Below are positions 23,501 to 30,478 of a DNA stretch of 30,478 nucleotides, piece after piece. The notes beneath the pieces were generated by a model that was not told the origin of the DNA, ran no database searches, and saw only the letters and a list, made by a program, of their open reading frames with translations. How positions within the stretch are numbered: the stretch's first letter is position 1; each line of letters opens with the position of its first letter. The translations under genes were made by a program, and so were the position numbers. This DNA is from Welwitschia mirabilis (taxonomy: Eukaryota): NCBI GenBank assembly GCA_051453625.1, contig JBOZIK010000001.1, positions 35,488,018 to 35,518,495 of the forward strand. Reading direction: 5' to 3'.

Positions 23501-25200
23501 CTAAATTCCTTGAAAATTTTTTAAGGCTTCTAGTTTCTTCTTTACAATGTTCACCTTTCTAAATTGTTGGGGAAATGATAAAGGTTTTTTATAAATTGAT
23601 ATTGGCTTTTCAATCTCTTTTTCTATTTCATTCTCCTTATTGGTCTTTATTAGTGAATTATCCTTATAAGATTCATTTTTCTATAAATCCTAATTAATTT
23701 CTTTTTGAATCTTAACATGAATTACTTTTCTCTGCTTAGTGTGATTATTTTCTACTTCCATAATCTTAATTCCTCTAGGATTAGGTTTAGAACTCATGGA
23801 AAGTTTTCCTTATTTATGTTTACTAGGGAATGTAAGAATCTATGTAATGATTTTATTAAGTTGATGAATGTTTTCTTTAAGTATTTGTAAGATGAAATAA
23901 GTTTATATTTTGAACTATTGGTCACTATTAATTTGATTTTGAGATTATTTGAAATTGAAAAGTATTTCTTCTAAAGTATTTAATCATCAAGTGTGGTGGT
24001 TTGATAAAGGATATTAATGAGATAAGAAGAGGTAAGAATTAAAAGAAGATAGAAATAAATTATTAGATTTATTACTTGAATCCTAGTTATTACTATTGTC
24101 CTATATCCATTGGGCAGAAGGGGGAGGAGGGGGATTAGATGATGACTCATCCTAAAGTTCTAATTATTTGATTATGGATCGTTTACTTTTTAATTTTTAT
24201 AGTGTAATCCTATCACATTGGTTTGCTCATTTACCATCTTTTAAAATATGGAAATAAAATGATACTCAGATGTTTTATGAGTCTCAACATGGTAAATTAA
24301 GCATTTAGGTTTAGAAGTTACATGCTTGAGCTATGTGGTAAGGGACTTAAGTTTCCTAGGAAGTTTATTTATTATCTTATTAACATCCAAGTTGTTAAGA
24401 ATCTTGAAAACACCTATGGACTTAATCACATGATGGGATTTAGAAGGTTCATTAAGCTTTTCCCAATTCTTTGAGCTTTTAGAATTTGAAATATTCATAA
24501 GTTTCATCTATTTCTAAATTAAGAAAACTACCTCTACTCATCTCCTTTACTAGTTGTCAGTGATCTAAGAGTAGTTCTTCATAAAAGAATAATTATTCTT
24601 CATCATTTAAAACCTTATTATGAAAACATTTTAAGGGTAGGTTCTTAAATATTTTTGAGATTTAAGTGAATGTTTTACTATATTTATAATAGAATCCCAT
24701 AATCTTTCTTCTTAGGACATTAGTTTTATGACTCAGAAAGAATTTAGTGATGAATGATCTATTTAATTTGACCTAAGTTGTAATAGAAATAAGCTTTAAG
24801 ATTAACCTAATTTCATCAATTGTGATGCAATTTTGAGATATAGTTTATAGTACACATTCAACCTCATTTAGATGTACGTATGAGTCTTTGGATTTAAGGC
24901 CATGGAAATGAGGAAGAAGATGAATCATGAATGATTTAAGATCTATTCTATGAATGTTAAAGATTGAATAATACATGAGGACATTCATAAATACTAGAAT
25001 TAAAGGTAATCCTTGATAGTTTATCTAGGTGAATGGTGGTTGTTGAAGACGTTTGATTAATGGTAACTAGGATTTTAGAATGGTTATTGGTTTGAAAAAG
25101 GTAATTGAGGCTATGGGCAATTTAGAAAGCTAAACTGTAGATTTAATAAAGGATATTATTCATTTGTATCAGTAGTGTATTACTCTTCTTAGCATCGTAA
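20585..25200 (-). pseudogene. Athila-like gag-pol pseudogene, segment C (gag - protease - RT - RNase H)
   Basis: gag LKSFMIHLLPHFHGLKSKDSYVHLNE (~24950-24860); NSYLNTYNLS**NHPNFFW (~23320-23260); HLRSGKEL (~22890); RT FGLCNAPTTFQ..FMDDF (ORF 21116..21373); GYYRRFIKDFSKISK; RNase H DASDF...YASKTLNDTQINYT..EKELLAIVF. Confidence 0.9.
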
Positions 25201-26048
25201 ATGAGAATGACTTCTAAAGAAGTGTATTTGTTCATTATTGTTGCTAGGATCCATTTGACGTTTAAAAGACGTTCTATATAATCTACCATTAAAGTCATGT
25301 TTTCAACACATACAACTTTGTCAACTTTTAAAAGATACACAGTACAAAGAAAAATTACAATGGGTCAGATAATAAATTAAATAAAGTTTAAAGGTGAAAT
25401 TCTAAAAAAGGCTTATGATGCTAGTTGAATCTAATAGCAATGCTAATTATTTAAAGAGAAATGGATCTAGGAAAAAATGATGTTACATTCATAGTAGTGA
25501 AAAATGTTTTACATAAAAAGTAGCCAAAAATAAGCAATAGACATAAAAATTATAGTGCAAAAATAAAACAAAAACCTAGAAAAACCTAGAAAAAAAGAAT
25601 TACAAAAAACTAAATATAAATTAAAAATATGGTCCTAAGTGTACATAGTATTAAAAACAAAATCTAACAATAATTAAAATTACAAAAAAGAAAAGAGGGA
25701 TGGAGGTTTTTTTTTCTATCTTAACTTCTTTAAATTTTATTCACTTTTTTGTTTTTTGTTTTAATTACTTTGACTCCTATTCAATAAAGACTCTTTAAAA
25801 AGAAACCTACAAAAACATATTAGTCCTGCATACTAAAGACTAATATAGCAATGATATTCCTCATCAGAGATAAAATGATTAATAGAATAAAAAGAAATAT
25901 AAAAGAAAACAAAGACAAGGACTAGTTAGGATATCAATGGAAGAGAACTCATACCACACATTCAAGAGTATAGGAAATCAAAAGTGCTAAAATCCAAATG
26001 CAAGAAAATAAAAAATGTGCATGCTTTATTATACCTACCTTACCGTTA

Positions 26049-26068
26049 TCCCTAGAAATCATATCAGA
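26049..26068 (-). other. Possible decayed Athila PBS
   Basis: TCCCTAGAAATCATATCAGA matches the reverse complement of the Athila PBS (TCCCCGGCAACGGCGCCAAA) at 10/20 positions, with most differences C>T or G>A. It lies about 0.9 kb upstream of gag, after an A/T-rich leader. Confidence 0.3.
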
Positions 26069-27920
26069 CATATATTCGTAGTGAAATGTGGCTATGCTTA
26101 TATCTATCATTAATATATGGTAATGTGTATTATTGTCCTAGGGATACAAATCTTACATTGTTAAATCCAAATTTTACCAAATAAAAATTGGGACTTTTGT
26201 TGTAACATGGTCCTAGTGTCAGTTTTTTCTTGAAATAAATGTAATACAATATTAGTAAAGTGATGCAACAATATTCTAGCAAAAAATTTAAACACGATTT
26301 CAAGTCAAGAATGAGAATGAAAGAGAAGTTTAATAAATAAGATCTTGAAAATGAAGCATGACACCTAAGTTCTAATATGAATATTTCATTAATATAAGAG
26401 AACTCTATTCAATGATATATTATAAAGTTTCACAATAAACATTAGCAATGTCAAGTTTGTTAAAGAACAAATCATGTAACATTATCTCATTTACTACATG
26501 ATTGTTGGTGAGATCTTCTAGTTAGTCTAGTTTATCATAGCCTATGCATAAACATGAAAAGTATGAAATGCATCTCAACAGTTATCAAATGAAATTATAC
26601 TATGAGACTAGAATAGGAATAAGAAGTATAAAATAAATCAAACTTAAAACTAAGAAATGAAACTATAATCTTTAATATGAAAAAAATGAAGTAATGCATT
26701 AAATCAAAGAAGGAAAAATAATGCATCCCTTGATGCATTAAAAATAGATAATATTCTTAAGGATTAGTAAATTTATCTTTAACTAGGATACTATTTTAAT
26801 GTAATGCTAATGTCTATCTTTATTTTCTTCATTGTTATTTTCATATGTTTACTCCATTTGATTATNNNNNNNNNNNNNNNNNNNNNNNNNNNNNNNNNNN
26901 NNNNNNNNNNNNNNNNNNNNNNNNNNNNNNNNNNNNNNNNNNNNNNNNNNNNNNNNNNNNNNNNNNNNNNNNNNNNNNNNNNNNNNNNNNNNNNNNNNNN
27001 NNNNNNNNNNNNNNNNNNNNNNNNNGATGTGTTTCATGGCTATTTGTATTCTTTTAAGCTTTTGTCTACTAATAAGATTTGTATGATACCTTATTAAGAA
27101 TGTAGATTAGAAAGGGTCAAATTCATTAAATATTATATGAACTTTTAGTTTTATTTCTATTCATGTTTGTTTTATTTTAACTTATATTGCATTTGTGTTG
27201 ATAATACCTTACACATTTCAATTAGCATTTTGGAACTTAAAAACTTGAACTTTATAAAACATCCTAAAGTGAACCTTTTGTTATTATAAGAGGAGGAAAA
27301 AATGTAAGTTAGGCATTGTAATATTATACACGACATAGTAAGAAAGTAATTTTAGTAGATATTTTATATAATAATGATTAATGCATAGAAAGAGTGATGC
27401 ATTAATTAATATAAGAATACATGTATGACATGAACAAAGATCATTATGAACAACATGAATTTTTTATATTTCACTCTTAACAAGAATATATAGTAGTTTT
27501 GGTTACCATGGTAATCTACAATACATCCCATATAAGATTAACATTAAAGAATCCTTCTTAGTCTTATGTGGACTTCAAAAAATTATTCTTATGAATTTAA
27601 CAATACAATTTAAAGTCATTTAACAATATTCTAAAACTTAGTGTAAGCAAGTGATTTAGTAAACCTACATGTTATGTTATCTATTATTTTTATATATTTA
27701 GTATTCAAGTTTACATATAAATTCTCATGTATATGTTTCTTTTTTATTATGAGTAGGAATCTAGATTACATAAATTACTTCTTAATTCTTATATATATCA
27801 TAAGATAAAGTTTTAACTTTACTTCTTATATCTTTGCATAAGTCCTTTAGCTATATAAATCTTATGATTATATTATTTATTTGTTTTATTATAATTTTAT
27901 TAGAATTAAAATATAAAAAA

Positions 27921-28170
27921 CTTGTCTTTAACTTCTCTAAAAGATTGATACCTTTCTAGGGAACATTACATTTTTAATGAAGTACTTAATTATAGAGGTC
28001 ATTAAAATATTTGGGTTGAATGAATAATACTATCTCATTCATTAAAATCTTATCTTTGACTTCACTAAAAGATTGATATATTTTCAAGAAACACTACATT
28101 TTCACTAAGGTACTTAGTTATAGAGGTCACTAAAATATTTGGGTTAAATGGCTCATACTATCTCATCCAT
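27921..28170 (+). repeat. Two diverged tandem copies of a 128-bp unit
   Basis: CTT(G/A)TCTTT(A/G)ACTTC.CTAAAAGATTGATA...TATAGAGGTCA.TAAAATATTTGGGTT...ATACTATCTCAT starts at 27921 and at 28049; about 80% identity by eye. Confidence 0.85.
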
Positions 28171-28999
28171 CATTTAGTTTAGCTTCATTCCTAGATAGTA
28201 GTATTAGGTTAATGCTTACTAGTTTTTAATGTATTGTGAAGTTGCTTTGTAAACATATTAATACACAAACATGCTACTAGTTAATAGCATGTTCTTAGAA
28301 TTAAAAGCAATTAAATGAATTTTTTAAGAGTAATGAAGTTTTCATTTGAAATTATTGGTTTATGAAAAACTTCTGCATTTATATGTACTTAAGTTTTTGA
28401 TGAATTATTTCAAACCATATAATTTCACCAATTTAAAGGAAAATGAACTATTTTTCTTGAACTTGGCTATCTTATGTATCAAATAAATGCTTGAGATATC
28501 CTTCAAAGTCTAGGAATACTACTAAATGGTATGTTATAGCCTTTGTGATGGTTTAATCTGTATTTCTTTATCCAACCCAATATATAAAAATGCTTCTTTA
28601 ACATTATTTTGGAATAATTTTTATTCTATTTACATTATAATATGAATAATCATGTAGAATGTATTCATACATGTAATAGAAGGGAGTTTTAAAGAAAATG
28701 ATATAATATTCTTGGGAGTAATATTTAACTATAATATAAGTATTACTTTTAATGATAAACATCATTTCTTTATTTTATTATAGATTTTTATTTTGATCCT
28801 AAACCATTGACATTTGAGGCTGGTATTGCACTAAGTCCTATACATTCCTTTTAACACACTATGATAATTTTTATTAAATGTTTTAAAGTTATTAAATACC
28901 TCTATATTCATCTTCTTACCTATCTCTTAATCTTTTTTAGTATAGAAGTCATGACATGAAGTTAAGTAATATTATACTTAGTATTAGTAAAAATTAAAA

Positions 29000-30478
29000 A
29001 TCATTAAACTCAGAGGGAATGGGTGAATAAGGTCTACTAAAAATAATTAAATTAAAAATTCCACACAAAATACCTTAGTGAATTAACATGTTTCTCCAAC
29101 CTGAGTACGTCCACACATAGAGGGTAACTTCTTCTCATACTCTGGATATTTTTAACCTATAAAAAATAGTAGTTTTAGAGCATCACTGTCACAGTGCATA
29201 ATTTGCAATTCTATACATCTTACTAAATCCTATCAATCACAAATATATTGCAAATATCACATACTAGTATAAATGGAAGTGATCCAAATGTAGTAAATTC
29301 ATTAAAGGCACATAAAATAATAAGGAGAATTTATTTTCAAAGAAATATTATATTTTTTTAGAATCTTAAAAATAATTCAAGAAACAATGCAATGAAACAT
29401 ACTTATGCAAATGTAAATGAAATCTATTTTAGATGAATTCCTATCCAATTATCAAATTAACTTGTCAAAAAGATCGACCTTATATAATCTAAATTAGTTA
29501 GGAAAATTATCATTAACTAAGACTAAATTAAGCTATTAAGCAATTCAAATAGAATGTAATGCAAGTTAATCTAAAAATGTACATAAACTAATATTATCAA
29601 CCTTAGCAAAGATTTCCCTTAAGACCTATGTCTTAAGTGAACTATCACCAAATCAAAAACAACATGAACCATAAGGAGCATGTAAAGTCTTAAAGAGACG
29701 AAAGATAAATAGAGTTTGTATTAAGAAAACTAGCATCTAGGTTATAAAGCAATAACATCTTGATGGAGGATGCACAACCTAACACTAAGGAAGACATCTC
29801 TTTGTAATAACAAAGGATGGATCTCTCACCCTTCAATCTCATATCACAAAAATTTCTTATGCATCGAAGATAGATATAAGGATCAAGGAGGAGGTTTATT
29901 TATACTAAAAAAAGAAAAAGCCTAATACACACTCAGGGTATAATAGATGCACTAGAAATACGCTTAATCATGAAAAAGAAATGGATAAAAGTTAGCAATC
30001 TATTTAACTTCTAAATTATCCTGACTGTCATCCAAATAATAAAAGGGTTGAAGCCAACTGTAAAGGCTTTACATCAACTACTTGACTTATCTAATGATCA
30101 TCCATATTAGTAAGTCTACATCTATCATTCTGACTATCATCTGGATGATGAAGTGGATGATATGCTTTTATAAGGTTTTCTTAAATTTTATCAGTTATTT
30201 GTTTACAACATCTTTACTTTAAACATGAAGTATTATGAATTACTTCAAATGTTGTAAAATGTAATGGAGTTTGTATGATTTTATGACTTTTTCTTTAGCT
30301 CTTCATAATCATAGAAACTTAGCATAAACCTATCTAATGTCCTACAAAATAACTCATAATATACCATCAAATACACATAATTTAATAGTGCATCATAGCC
30401 CCCCCCTTAGCTTTGTCAGTCCCTAACAAAATTAGGTGAACAACTATGATTGTGAGTAAATTATCTTAAATAAAATCA
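29000..30478 (-). mobile_element. 3' LTR and polypurine tract of a further minus-strand LTR element (Athila-like), running off the window; left boundary approximate
   Basis: The minus strand reads TTGTTAGGGACTGACAAAGCT-AAGGGGGGGG-CTA|TGATGCAC (PPT 30408-30399; LTR TG at 30395). Minus-strand TATAAAT near 29903. Confidence 0.55.

Larger units (their letters stand above)
8335..27025. other. Assembly gaps: 8335-8427, 11172-11271, 14540-14639, 17372-17471, 20485-20584, 26866-27025
   Basis: N runs of 93, 100, 100, 100, 100 and 160 nt. Confidence 0.98.

Noticed and set aside
13150..27000. A matched LTR pair (13.2-14.8 kb versus >26.07 kb) defining an intact Athila element
   Set aside because: Only short similarities such as T(C/T)TAGGGATA are visible. 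I could not align them by eye, so no LTR pair or insertion age is claimed.
8243..27097. ORFs containing X runs, including the apparent internal repeat protein at 14435..14725 and the RNase H fusion at 20413..20814
   Set aside because: They are artefacts of reading through N-gaps and duplicated gap flanks.
29012..29029. AGAGGGAATGGGTGAATA resembling a Sirevirus LTR end motif
   Set aside because: A single short degenerate match with no supporting copia domains or termini.
1..30478. Species assignment, a biosynthetic gene cluster or horizontal transfer of the GC-rich gene
   Set aside because: Only one host gene is present, and it has plant-typical intron positions. The GC contrast is explained by TE decay, and the taxon cannot be fixed without a database search.

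Overview
Eukaryotic, land-plant-type genomic DNA from a gapped draft assembly (6 N-gaps). It contains one intact protein-coding gene, a GC- and CpG-rich 5-exon plant laccase (multicopper oxidase) on the + strand: join(4943..5038,5145..5296,5372..5616,5787..5909,6071..7230), 591 aa. The protein has a signal peptide, all four copper-binding segments and a Met axial ligand. Almost everything else is AT-rich, CpG-depleted, heavily decayed retrotransposon sequence. An L1-clade LINE (ORF2 from 462) ends about 700 bp upstream of the laccase ATG. Downstream lie a possible Copia remnant, a TG..CA LTR with a tRNA-Met PBS, and a minus-strand Athila-like Ty3/gypsy element whose pol region is present as overlapping, roughly 6% diverged duplicates that share inactivating mutations. 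Further LTR/PPT remnants occur at the right end. I see no convincing evidence for a wholly new multi-gene system. The best leads are the atypical features of the laccase (missing last intron, 22-aa C-terminal extension, HNFHLHG and HMSIGM motif variants, non-matching miR397 site) and an unidentified, possibly spliced, decayed antisense ORF inside the LTR element. All alignments and identities were judged by eye.
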